Shown here one piece after another: positions 12,029 through 24,506 of a stretch of DNA of 64,000 bases; within the stretch, counting starts at the first letter, position 1, and each line of letters opens with the position of its first letter. The notes beneath the pieces are model-generated. The model was given only the letters and a program-made list of their open reading frames with translations, had not been told where the DNA came from and did not search any database. Source of the stretch: Phyllosticta citribraziliensis (taxonomy: Eukaryota). The stretch is from positions 1,426,001-1,490,000 of the forward strand of contig NW_027117345.1 of NCBI RefSeq assembly GCF_038025025.1, read 5' to 3'. Made by a program: the position numbers and the translations under genes.

Positions 12029-13413
12029 TGCGACGAACGATGAGAGGGGACGTTGTCGAAGGTTGGGCGTGTGAAAAGATGAAGGAGAGTGGGAGCAGCG
12101 CAAGAGCAGACAAGGAGGGAGCGGAGAGTAAAGTAGCAATTTGAGGAGAGCAGTCACGCGACAGGGAGGGTGGTCGTGGCGGCGGCGAGGCTCAGATCGA
12201 GGCGACAAGCCAAGGGAAGGGAAGAGAAGCGGAAGACTTGTCGCGGCAGTCCGACTGGCTAGGTGAGGTGGGAGAATGGCAGGCGCCTGACAGGATCGCG
12301 GTTCGTGAAGGGAGAAGAAAGAAGGGTGGTTGCTTTATAACATGAAGATGGGATGGGTGACGGCGACGGTGACGGAAGCGTACGGGCTGGCCTAGCGCCC
12401 AAGATTGCGTGATTGGAAACGCCATGCGGCCAGGAGACGGATGTAGCACGTCAATTCCAGGCGCAATGGCAAAATGTTGCGACAAGCTGGCTGAGCCCGT
12501 CGAGCCTCGGAGCCTGGAGGTTTGGAGTCCGGCGTCGTCAGCTTGTGCGAGTTTGCATTTCTCAGCTACCTACCTTGGAGACAGGAGGCAAAAAGAAACG
12601 GGAAACGACCAAACGAGGCACCCACACGACGCAATCAATGCCTGTGTGGGTGCAACAGATAGAGAAGGGTCGCAGAGGGTTACACAGAGAGGGCGACGAC
12701 TTGTCACTTTATACCCGTCGACGTTGGCGACGATGGCGAGCACCTGCATATCCTCCGCGACGACGCCATCCAACGACGCCATCATTGGTGTTTTGGTCCG
12801 GGTGGCTGCATCCTCGGCCTGCCATCCCGGCTCTTGCAGGCCAAGCATGCCAAGCTTCCAAGCCGCACCGCACCGTACGCATCAGATGTGCCATCGAAAA
12901 AGACGCCGACCTTCGCCTCGCTGCGCTGGACGTCTGAATACCCTCTCGCCGTCGCCCGCCGTGTCCGCCAATCAGCGACAACGCCGTGGAGCCTGCCCCT
13001 ACCACCAAACATCATCACCAACCGCCTTTGTTTGACACCTGTCAAATCCATGCTTCACATCGATTTGGAGACACTCCATCTCTACCACTATAAACTATCC
13101 TCGCCTGCTTTCCACGGCGAACCCCATGGAGCTACCGACTATCCTTCAGATCAAGCAAGACTACTTCCAGAAAACTCCGTCATAACCACCACAGCAATAC
13201 ACCGTCCACCGACTCCTCTGCCTAGTCATGTCTCCCCATACATTCCATTACCCTGGCGTCGCATGAAAAGGCCCGTCTCGGAAATCCAGCAGCAAAACGA
13301 ATTGAAAAAAAGAAGAAGCAACGAGACCTGGTCGCCGGAACGATCCAGCTTTAAGAAAATGGGTATCATATGCGGTCAACTTCGAGCGTTGAAAATGACG
13401 GAATCGACAATAG

Positions 13414-15414
13414 TCAGAAACTGGCGTGTTTGGGGCTGTATGACAACTGCGGCGTCACGGGCTGGTTCTCCTCCGTCTCCCTGAGCGTGTTGAGCGTGCT
13501 GAGCGACCGCCATGACTCGTCAAAGTCGGCAGACCTGATGAAGCTGCCCCCTCTGTCAGCATCGGAAAAGTCGCGTGCAACGGCGCCTCCTTACCTGCAC
13601 CACGTGTTGTGAAAGCAGTCGTCGCGAACACATCGATACACCTCGTCGAAGACGGTCAGCGAAAAGTCGGCCGGAATCATGCTCTCCGCAAAGTCGTCTT
13701 CGGAGCTGAGCAGTCCCTGCAGCCTTTTCCGATCTTCGGGCTGAATCTCGTGCTGCCGGCAGCTCTCCTCTGATTGATGATCCCACGGTGTGACCATTTG
13801 GTCATCCGTGAAGAAGTTGTCGCCTCCGTCGTCCGCCTCGTACTGCAACGTCTCAAACGCCTTGGCGATCCTCTTGAAGCAGCGATCAGGCAAGTTGATG
13901 GTAGCCCGCGACGTTGTCGGGTTGACAAACGTGAAGAAGATGAGAGCAGCATCCTCAAATCTCTCGCGTGCCTGCCGACCATTCAGCATGCGGGGCTGTC
14001 CATCGGCGCCCGACCATTGCTTCTTCCACTTGCGAACGTAGAGCAAAAAGTGCACGTCGGCCGCCGTGAAGTTTCGATTGGCCGCATAGTCGAGCAGGGG
14101 TCGCGGGTTGGTTTCCAACGCCTCGTCCATTGCCGCGCTCGAAAAGAGCTCCTTGTCGCTGAGACGATTGGGACATGGCGACTGCGTCCGGCTAGTCTTG
14201 GTGCTGAATCCCATGGGCGACTTGAAGCTGCTGTTCGAGCTACCGAGAATGTTGAAAAAGCGAGGCCGCTCGTGGAACGAATCGAAGATTGGAATGCACA
14301 AGGCGCTAAACTGGACTGCCACGAGGAAAGGGATGAACCTGGACTGACGTCAGACTCAACCACGACAGCTCGGAATGCGATCGCCCTTACCAGCCAGCTC
14401 GAGGAAACCACCGATTGATCTCAGCGATGGTTGGGTTGTCGGAGTAGAGGAAGAGAAGCCAGACGGGTGTTCCGGGTAGACTGCAAGAGCCAGTGAGTTC
14501 CAACAGCATTCTTCCGTGCGACGAGGTCGGGAAGCTTACCCGAAGAAGAGAATGACCCTAGTTTGCCATGCCCACAGATGAGCGTCATGGACGTTGCGGA
14601 TGCGGTAGAGAAGGTAGGGCCCGTAGAACCAACACCAGAAGAACTGCCAGAGGATTGTTGGAACCCTAGCCATGTGAGTTGCAGGCGACAGGGTAAGCGG
14701 CACAAGTCTTACCATTCTCCGTGACCTCGGAAACACTTGATCGGGCCTCTCCATTTGCCAAAGAGACCGTAACTGGCATGAAAGTTGCGTGAACCGAAGA
14801 AGACGATACCAGATATGACCACCGTCGCGGTTAGGCCAGCAACGAAGAGAAAGGTGGATTGGGTCTGGAAATCAAGAGTCCGCCATCGACGAACGAAACG
14901 AACTGGCTCCCGGAGGAAGAAGGGGTGTTTGCGCCGCTGCGCGTAGCTGGGCCTCTTCAACAGCGCAACCTGGGTTTCGTAAATGTAGACGAGACGGGCA
15001 TTGGACACTGGGCGTGTTAGTGTTGTGCGCCGAGGGCGACGCAAGAGGAGACGTACTCTGCCAGAGACCAATTCCGGCCGGAAAGACCGTGGCCATGACC
15101 CAGTACTCGGCGGTACAGTTGTACCACCATCGGATGGCGTAGACGAGAAAGATCAGCGTCAGGTAAACGTGGAGGGAGCACACGGCGGCGACGGTGAGCC
15201 AGTATCCGCGCAAGCGAACGGCAAAGGTGTGTCGTTGCAGGGTCAAGACCAGGAGGAGGACGATGATGGCCGTGTTGTAAGAGGCGGCGACGGCGATCCA
15301 GATGTAGGCCTTTTGGTCGAGCTGTCCTGGGTAAGGCATGACGGAGTCCTCAAAGCCCAGGGCCTTGACGGGCTGAGATTTTGGAGCCGATGACTTGGGG
15401 TCGTTGTCAGCCAT
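13414..15414 (-). CDS. 7TM GPCR with C-terminal RGS domain (GprK-like, fungal class VI)
   Basis: Spliced model gives several hydrophobic helices (YIWIAVAASYNTAIIVLLLVL; YNCTAEYWVMATVFPAGIGLWQ; GEWVPTILWQFFWCWFYGPYLL; GLPGTPVWL), then an RGS region (LLDYAANRNF...FLLYVRKWK...IFFTFV...INL; VFDEVYRCV...NTW). About 5 introns; the 3' end is inferred. Confidence 0.8.
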
Positions 15415-18400
15415 GATGACGAGCAAAGAGCGAAGGTTAGAGCATGGGCGTGTCGAGGTGAGTGAAGATGCGAAGCGGGAGAGAGAGGGTTGACAGGTGA
15501 GATGGGCCGAGTCAAGTACTGACCATTGAGTGGAGGTGGAGTTGTGGCGTGGTGAGCCAAAGGCAAGAAGTGCAGTGGAAAACCGGGAGCCTTCTTGCCC
15601 AACACCCAAACACTGCAGTCGCGGCTTCGGCACGAGTCACGCAGAGAGGACATGGTCCCTGGCGAACAGCCATCAAATACAACAGAGCAGCTATAGACTC
15701 ACATCAGGACTGCATGGATGGCGCGGCCCACGGCTCTGGTACCGCGGCAACCCTGGGCGCAAAGCGTGGCAACGGGGATGGGGCTACACGGCATGTCTGC
15801 CCTGGGACCTGATGGTGGTGAAGGAGTCAAGTGGGAGTGGAGGGCCGGCCGTGTCCAAATCGGCAACTGGCCGCCTGCCGCCCCGTCACCTTTCAGCTGC
15901 TGGGATCGTCAGAGGAAGACAAGGTCTCGACTCGAACATCTCCTCTTTCAGCCCCGACTTCACCATCTCCATCTCCTTTCGCTCCGCCGTTGATCCTTGA
16001 CCCATATCCACTGCGCGGCCTCTACGTTGCTTTCGCCGCCCTCTCGACTCTTTCCATTCTATTCTTGTCCAGGTGCCTTTGCCAACGCCTCAGCTCTGTC
16101 CAACAGCGGATTGACGCGCTCCAAAGTCGCCAGCTTGGGCCTGTTCACCCTCTTCATATGGTCAGGTCGAGCGCCGAGGCAAGAGGAAACTTCGGACCCG
16201 ACTCTGGCTTTTTTTTCTCCCCCATCTTCATGACTTCCGTACCCTGCTGCTTGCCTCCCGCTCAACTGCATCAATGACGCAACTGACATCGATACCCACG
16301 GAGAATATGACCTTTTCTCGAATCTGATTGGTCAGGCGGCGACAAGCAAACCCAGATCCCGCTGTAGCACTTCGAAACACGCCGAAGGCTGACGCCAACC
16401 AATCCCTTGAGCCCAACCTGAGCTCTCAGCTCTTGCATCGTCTTTTCTTGGAGACTTGGTAAATACCTTCAGCTTCCGTGACTGATTGACCTCTTGGACT
16501 CAAGCTGCAGTCGCGAGACCCTCTGTTCGCAATCTCCTCGAGTAGCAAAGCGTTGACGTCAGGGAAATCTCCTGCTCTTCCCTGCTCAAAGTTTAATTTC
16601 GCCTCCGGTCTCCACACTGACCACTCAGATCCGCGCGATCTGGAGGGAGCACCCGCCGATTGCCATTGACCCAATGGAAAGGAGAGATCTGAGGCTTATC
16701 CTGTCTTTTCTGCAAATGCATCAGCCACAACTTCCCCTTTGCGAGATCCGCTTACTCGCAACAGATCCCACCGTCAAATGATATCATCATGCTCGAGGTA
16801 TCATTGTTTGTCTATTCGGAGTCTGCCGGACTTCTCGTGGGCTTGGACAAACAGTCCCAATTCTATCGCAAGAGTGCGACACTGAAGTGCTGTTGCGCAC
16901 ACGGTGTATCGGGTTTTGAATTGTTCGGGTTCTGAATTGTTGCCATCGGACCGGAGACGCACTACTTACGATCCAATGGGGAAACGTCTACAAGGACTGG
17001 ATGATTTCCCAGATTCAAAGCCAGTTGCAGACAGGCTCGCGTCCCTGATCCTCGTTGAAACGGTCTCAATTTGTTCCGCAAAAATTCGATGCATATCAAA
17101 CATGGATGTGTACACATCCCGGCGCTCTTTGCCAGCAAGGGCGCAGAATCCCAAAATCAGCAATACAATCGCGTCGAATCTTCCAGATTGAGCAGCTTAG
17201 TCCGGAACCATGGCGTTGCTGTAGTTCAACTCGCTCTAGCTCCCGCCAAGGCTTCAGCTAACAAAAAACGCCGCAGTTGTGTTGCGAAAATCGTCCTCAA
17301 AATGGACCTCCAATCATCTCAATAGGCTCGCAGCGCAAGATCAATGAACAATAAGAAGCTTTCGCCGCAGAGTCAGCTTTGGGCAGACCAAGCTCAAAAA
17401 CTCAATATACCACAGATCTGCGCCGGCAGTCGATCCTTGCAGCGGCAATCGTCGGCATGCCGGAAGGCTTCAACGCTCGAAACAATTATACTGGCACTCT
17501 GAATCAGTTTCATTCAGCACATGACCCAGCACAGGCAAGTTTCGCAGCAGCGTTTGGATTGGTGAGCGCTGACTGACAGTCGCATGCCGTGGAATAATTG
17601 CTCCAAACAGAAAGACTTCCTTCCAAGTAGCATCAGCAGCCCTACTGAGCACGACCTGCAACTGTCATCGGTAAGCTTCGTCCTCCAAAGAAAGAAGTGC
17701 ACGACCCTAGCGATGAACGATGAGCAGCCAAAACTTCGTAAGCGACATTGCTCGGATCCTGTCTTCTCCGCGCCGCCCGCATCCTCTTGTTCCCCAGGCA
17801 GTCAATTACTCGTCTTGCGCTCGCGTGGAACCGTTGCGCCATCCATCTAACATAATTCGTCCCTGACGCCGGCTCCCGCGCCTGGGCAGGCACCATGCAT
17901 GCGAGCTCCACGTGGACAAACCCCTTCCCTGCCATGCCTGCCCTGGACGCGTTACGAAAGAGCCAGTCGACGTCGCCAATGGCTTTGCGCCATGTTGATT
18001 GCGGTGCAGCCCGTTTGGGTCAAGATGCGGCGGATGGAGACACGGGTGGAGGGAGTCGACTATGCAACGCTTGCGGCTGTTGCCGTTGCCGATATGATGT
18101 GCGGTTGCGCTGCAGTTGCTCGGTATCGATGTTGCCGTCTGCCGTGGGTTCAACGGCACGCTCGTGGAGGGGCGGAACATGGATGGCAGCCGACGCATTG
18201 GAAGAGATTGCCGGTTTTTGGCCGTTGTTGTTGTTGTCATGACGAGCGCGAGAACGAGTACGGCCGAAAAGTGGCTGCGCTTGATGGGTCGGGTTGGTCG
18301 TAATTCCTCGGTTGATAGAGCAACTCGTGGATGATCCTAGGTTGAAATGTCGCGAGAAATGGTTGGTGGCTGCGTAAAGTGAGCGCGGTGATTGGAGGTT

Positions 18401-19740
18401 GAGTCTTTTCTTGTACCTGGTCTTTTACTATCAGACCAATCATTTTCTCTATCCAACCCGACGCTCTTCGTTGTGTCAGTGCGACTTCATCGAACGCTCC
18501 CTGGAATACGAGACTACGCTTGGTCTTCTCGACGCGCTGCAAACGCACCCACCATGAGCTCAGAATTCTCTCGAGGACACGAACCTAGTCCATCCCTTTT
18601 CTCTTTTGCCAATATGCTCACCCGTTCATTGTGTTCATTTTAGTCGTTTCCTATCAACAGGAACGCTGCATCTTGCCAACAAGCCATCTTCTCTGTATAA
18701 CTACCTAAACTGCTAAACTAACTGACTCCGTTCCCCCTTTTTGCCTCTTCATCGTTGCCATCTTAAACAACAGTTCCATGCCCACCCACTCTTAAAATCT
18801 GCTCCAAGGGAGCGAAGAAACGAAGAGAGAAAGGTGGAGCAAACAGATCCGACAGCGGCTTTTCCGCTTTCTCCACTCCTCCCCAAAGGCAGGCGGGCCC
18901 CTGTGAACTACACCCACCACGCCCGCCTCACCAAGCCACGTAGCCCCAAACCCGCGCGAGGAAATGGGGCGACAGAGGGAACTGCGAGCACAGCAGCAGC
19001 CATGTGCGCGCACGCCGCTCACACGACACGGCGTCAAGCAGTCTCAGATGACCAAACTGCCTTGGCCACTTGATTGGAAGCATTTGAGCAGTCTATGTAC
19101 AGTATGCCTACTTCTGTAGCTCTCTAGACCTCTAGTGTCTACGTTTTTTGCTCTAATTAAGCATAAAGCAGTGGACTTTACTACTGCTGCTTCAATGGCG
19201 ATGAGTAGCGTCGCTGAGCCTACTTTGGTGCAGTGGAAAGGAAAGCGAGCAGACACGACCCATTACTCCACAACCGTCCCTCACTCACAAGACCAGATGC
19301 TCAGACAAAACCTCCCTTCCAGCTCAGTGGCAGCCAATGCGATTTGATCAAGGCGTTGTTCTCAATTGCGCATTCTATTGAATGTAGCCACATGTTGCCA
19401 AGACTGTGTGACTGTTATGCCTATTTGTCTACTGTAATGCAGCGACTAGGGGAAGAGAATTTGTTTGTGATTTTTGTGGCGGTGGAGGGGGAAGTCTATC
19501 TGTGATGAGAGGGGTTGGTCGTGAAATTGAGGGGGACGGGAAGAAGGGGGTAAGAAAGAGGAGGAGAAGGAGAAAGTGGCAAGAAAAACATGGCGCGCGG
19601 AAAAGCTGCCGGGGATATCTCAAATAGAGGCGACTCCGCCCTCCGTTCCCGACAAGACGTAACGAAAAAGAGAAAAAGAGCAAAACGGAAAGGGAAAGAA
19701 GAAAAGAAAAGAGAAATCTACATCTCCCCAACCCTCCTCT

Positions 19741-20619
19741 TCACCTCAACTTCAGCTGCAGCCACATGCCAATATGATCAATGCCCTCCTCGTCCCACAC
19801 GCCCATGTCCTCGTCGCGGACGAAGCCAAACGAGCCGTAAAACTTCTCCAGGTGGATCTGCGCGTGCGCCAGGACGCGGCCGTCCCAGCTGCCCAGCGCG
19901 CCGTCGCGGCCCTCGACCTTGGCCAGCTCGACGGCCTCGGGCGACGGCGGCGGGCACAGCAGGTGCGGGTGCTGCGCGGCCCAATCCAGCGCCGTGCGCA
20001 CCAGCAGCCGCGCGAGGCCCAGCTTGCGGTATGGCGAAAGGATGGCGAGGCGGCCCAGCTTGATGTATGGCGGTGCGACGGCGGTCGTGGTGTGGCTGTG
20101 GCCGTTGGATGAGGCTGTGCCGTTGGCGTTGGCGTTGGCAGCGGCGGCGCCAATCGTGGCGGGCGCGGCGAGTGAGTTGTCGAGGGCGTGGCCGTCGGAT
20201 GGCGCGGGGTGCGGCGGGTGCGGCGGGGGTACGAGGCGGACGGTGCCGACGGCGACGCGGTGGGCAGACGGATCGCTGCGGCGCCGCTCCTCCTGCGCGT
20301 CCGCTCCCGCTGCCGTTGTTGTCGTTGTTGATGATGTTGTTGACGTCGAGTCTCCGTTTGCGCCGGGCTTGAAGCCGTTGGTGGTGCCTGTCGCGCCGAC
20401 CGAGGCGTAGACGACCCAGTGGAAGCTGCGGGCGTCGTCGGCGTCGAACTCGTTCTCCAGCGCGATGTTTTGCTCTTCGACGAAGACGCGCTCGCGCACC
20501 GTCATGGCGTCTTTGAACGTCTGCGGGATGTCGGCGGCCGTCTGCTCCGAGGCATGCCGGGTGCCGTCGTAATTCGTTATGGTCGCCGTGGGCGGAAGAA
20601 AAGAGATGAATTGCGACAT
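19741..20619 (-). CDS. GNAT-family N-acetyltransferase (ElaA/GNA1-like) with low-complexity inserts
   Basis: VRERVFVEEQ...EFDADDARSFHWV; VGTVRL; IKLGRLA...YRKLGLARLL; HAQ...KFYGSFGF; EEGIDHIGM. Confidence 0.88.
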   Translation of the reverse strand: MSQFISFLPPTATITNYDGTRHASEQTAADIPQTFKDAMTVRERVFVEEQNIALENEFDADDARSFHWVVYASVGATGTTNGFKPGANGDSTSTTSSTTTTTAAGADAQEERRRSDPSAHRVAVGTVRLVPPPHPPHPAPSDGHALDNSLAAPATIGAAAANANANGTASSNGHSHTTTAVAPPYIKLGRLAILSPYRKLGLARLLVRTALDWAAQHPHLLCPPPSPEAVELAKVEGRDGALGSWDGRVLAHAQIHLEKFYGSFGFVRDEDMGVWDEEGIDHIGMWLQLKLR

Positions 20620-21383
20620 GGCGACGGCGGGCGGGACAGTGACGATGGTGTTGGCGGAGTGAGAGGTGTTTTTTTCTTTTTAAAAGTCGCGAACTGTGAC
20701 TCATGCAGACGAGAGGATCGTGTTTGCTGGATTCGGGCAAAAAGGCGAAAGCGAAAATGGAGAGAGAGGTCGAGGAGTGGAGTGAATTTATTGGCATGTC
20801 GTGCAGGTGAACGACCCGGTAGGGCGTGCGGGGAGCATGGTCCAGGTCCAGGTCCAGGTCCAGCACCCGCACACCTCAGGACCCTGAGAGCCGCTGCAGG
20901 TGGTACGTCAGGCTGACTGCACGCGCCTGCCGAGTTAGGCGAAGAGGCGGAGTAGTCGATACTGTAGACCTGAGAGGAGCATGAAGTTGTGACGTGTTTC
21001 GGCCGCCGTCGGACGCCAAATGCATGCACACACACACACATGTATAGAAGCATACCTACCACCTATAATAGGTTGGGCAAACAACTGCATGCTCGCTCCT
21101 CTTTGCCACTGCGCTGCCGTTGGTCAGCTAAGACATGCCCATTCTCGTGATGCACCTTCACCATCCCACTTGGCCATGCAGGTACGTCGTCGGTCGTTGC
21201 AATTGTCGCATCTCAGACATTGAGCTCCGCAAATCTGGCCGTAAACAAACAATTCGCTCCATCGTGTATCATGTCGTTTCGTCACATTCTCACCTCAACA
21301 CCGCCTCATGCCGCGTGAAACCTCGCCACCCCTCCCTCGACCAGTCACGTTCGCCATGCAAGATTTTCTCGTCCAACTTTTTG

Positions 21384-24273
21384 CTACAGTCTTGCCATCT
21401 CGCGCTCTTTGGTCGCCATGCTCGCCGCCAAGGTCCGTGATATCCAGTCTGCGATGCCTATAAATAGTCAGCCTCAACACATTCCGACGTCATTTTGTGT
21501 CAAAGGGGAAAAAAGCCGCATCACCACCATGGCCGAATGGCGAATGACCAGATCGCAGCGCGGCCCAGCGCCAACAGAGTCACCTGAGCCTGCAGATTTT
21601 TGCAGCTCGTAGACTTGCAGCAGCCAACGCCTTGATACTTGAAACACGACAAAACCACTTACCCATTGTCGTCACCATCGGGTTGACTCCACTCGCGCTC
21701 GGAAACACGCTTGCGTCGGCAACATACAGGCCCTCGGTGCCCCAGACTTGACCGTTTTGGTCCACAACGCTCTGCCTGGGCGTCGAACCCATTCGACACG
21801 TCCCCATTTGGTGCGCGCTCAAGAACATCATCTCAGGAGACGGGAACCCCTTCTTTCTCACCAGCTTCAGCCACTCCTGGAACTTCTTGTCGTTGATGCC
21901 CTCCGTGTCATTGTCCGTCTCAACCTCGGTGCGCTTGAAGCGAGGGACGCCGGGGATCATGGCGATGATTTCGAGAGCGCCAGCCGCGTACTGAGTCTTG
22001 GCTAGTCCGATGATGCCCTCGAGGATGTGCCGCTGGTCGAATTTGGACGGGGCGTACGAGACGCGGCAGCGACCGTCTACCGGATCCGGATACACGCGTC
22101 CAGAGTCGCGGTCTCGCGCGAGGGATATGTAACCGACCATGTGCTTCATGTTCGGAACAAACATCTTGTAGTCCAGACCGCTGGTCGTCGGCGGGAAAGC
22201 GAGCCAGATTGACGGCAGCATATTGACGGCTTCGAGCTTCGCCCCATGGCCATGACCGTCAAGATTTTCGAATTCATTGACAACGGCGGTCAGGATGCCG
22301 CCTTCCCACGGGTTCACCTTTTCTCTGTACACCGCTCCCGCAAAGGCAACGGGGTGAAGATGAAGGTTCCGGCCAACGTTTGGATTCTTGACTCCAGAAC
22401 GCATCAGGAGCAGCGGTGACTGCATAGTGCCGCCCGAGACGACGACGCGCTTGGCGCGGATGATGACCTCCCTTACCCTCCGCTTGTATCCCGACACTCC
22501 TCCGCGCTCATCTCGAGAAGTCCAGACTCCGCGCACACCAGTTGCGATTCTCTTTTCTTTTTTGACTTGAAAAAGCACCTCTCTGACGTCGAAGCCTTCG
22601 ACAAAATTTGCTCCAGCCTTGGCAGCATCTGGCAAAAAGGATACCGAGGGGCCTTGTTTCTCGCAAGACGAGCATCCCAGGCCGCATTGACCGCAATAGT
22701 GCTCTGATCCCGCAGTGTTCTGCGGCACTGCTCGGTGAGCCCAGCCCAGCCTTCGTGCGCCTTCCAGCAAGGCCTGATTCGTTGGATTGTGCCGAATGTA
22801 CTCGGCCGACACGCCCATGCGATCGCAGACTCTGTCCAAAGAGTCCTGGAATTCAGCCGACGTAAAGAGGGGCAAACCTTGGGCGGCCCATTCCTCCCGA
22901 ACGTAGCCTTGGGTCTGAAGCGAGGCGGACCAGTTGACGACGCCGCCACCGCCAAATGTCTGGCCGGCAACAACGGTGATGGCGCTTTCATCAGCTACCC
23001 AGAGTTAGCATCAGTGTTGCTTCCATTGGACCGAAGCCCCGCTTCGAAGATGGGTGAGAACGTCAGAAATGGCACATGTTCAATGATTGGTCGCGCATCC
23101 CTTGACATGTTGGTTAGAGAAGGGCTGACCGTTGAAGCCCCCCTGTCAAGGCTGGGCCCCAAGGCTTGTTGCCCAAAGCCGTGGCACACAGGGTTGCCGT
23201 TTTCCGCGTGGAGACGGTTGCGTGCTCCGTGTCAATCGCTTCCAGGTACCAGATGTCAAGGGGATCGGAAATGCTCCCTTTCGCCCTTGGCCATTCTCCT
23301 GTTTTGTTGTGCCACGGCTTTTCGAACCAAGTGCTGGTGCAGAGCTGCCTGCTATCTTGCCGGAATGAGGTGGTTTGGAAAAAAGGACTTACATGTCATG
23401 ATGCCGCCATTCATATACAAGTGCCCCCATCCCTCTGATTCCTTCATGGGCAGGTGTTCCGGGGGCCAATAGTAGGACTTTTCGGCAACAATGACGCGTT
23501 GGCCGGCCTCTGCCAGATTCTTTGCGCACACCCCTGCGCCGCAACCGCTACCAACGACGACGACGTCTGTCTCGATGACGTCAGGGCCCGTGCCTTGGGG
23601 GAACTGGATGAATTCATATTCGAAATCTCTGCCTAGGGCGTAGTTGACGGGAATTCGCGGGAAGCCCAAGACTTGAGGAAGCGTGGGGCTTGTCATTGTC
23701 CAGTTTTGTCTGACGAGCATGGTGAGCAGCATGTGGAGCATTCGAAATTGAGAGATCCTGGCCGTGGACCAGGCCTTGAAGATGGCCTCTCGGACATGCA
23801 GAGGCTGGGAGGTGAATGGGGCGGCATAGCCAGTCAATAGCAGAGCACCGGCGCGAGTTCTGTTTGAGCTGTCAGCGCGACGCGGCGTGGTTGAGACTAG
23901 ACGGCGCAACAGCGACTGACTCCAAGCTGCTGAGGACAAAGACGAGCAGTTTGCGCACGTCGGAGGGCATGTAGTCGGCCAGAGCGCGATGGATGTTTTG
24001 GCGGAAACCTGGAGTGTACGAGGGGCATTCGGCCAGGAACTCAGCGGGCAGTTCTGGAGGGACTGAGGGGCCGGCGAGCTGTCGCACGCGGGTCAGGGCG
24101 GTGAATTGGCCCAGCTGGTTCTCCTTGTCGACATTGGCGACTGGTTCAATCGAAGGAATGATGGCGTCGGCGACAGCCATGAGGGTCATCCATTGCTGCG
24201 GGGACAGAGGGTCGTCGGCAGGGAGTGGCGGCAAAGGGCTGTCGCGAACTTTGGAGTAGGGGTAGCGGTCCAT
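21384..24273 (-). CDS. Long-chain fatty alcohol oxidase/dehydrogenase (GMC oxidoreductase), peroxisomal (C-terminal ARL)
   Basis: FAD motif DVVVVGSGCGAGV; AGQTFGGGGVVNWSASLQ; HYCGQCGLGC; GRNLHLHP; SAHQMGTCRM; ADASVFPSASGVNPM. Introns 23860-23920, 22995-23392 and 21458-21662; last exon GIADWISRTL...MARL*. Confidence 0.92.
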
Positions 24274-24484
24274 GGGAAGGACAAACAGGAGATGTCAAGG
24301 AATGCGGGCACTATCGAGGAGAAATGTTGGAAAACAGGATGTGGTGGTGGGACAGAGATAGACGGCAGAGAAGGAGAAGGAGGAGGAGAAGGAGTAGGAG
24401 AACAGTGCAGGCAGGGCGTCAAGATGCAATGGTTCGCAGGCAGGCGCATTCTGGAATTTCTGTCGTGTGGAGGCGGCATAAGGC

Positions 24485-24506
24485 GGGGGGGGGGGGGGGG
24501 GGGGGG
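24485..24506. repeat. Poly-G tract (G22) in the divergent alcohol oxidase / FYVE gene intergenic region
   Basis: Read directly from the sequence. Confidence 0.9.

Noticed and set aside
10844..12043. Long antisense ORFs (also 47741-49450, 1292-2287, 6882-7865, 25447-26499)
   Set aside because: They are shadows of GC-rich codon usage on the real coding strand and show no recognisable motifs.
22995..23392. TPP riboswitch, H/ACA snoRNA, SRP RNA or hammerhead identity for the long intron
   Set aside because: No TPP CUGAGA core, no properly placed H/ACA boxes and no CUGAUGA. The SRP helix-8-like GGCCAAGGGCGAAAGGGAGCA does not pair correctly.
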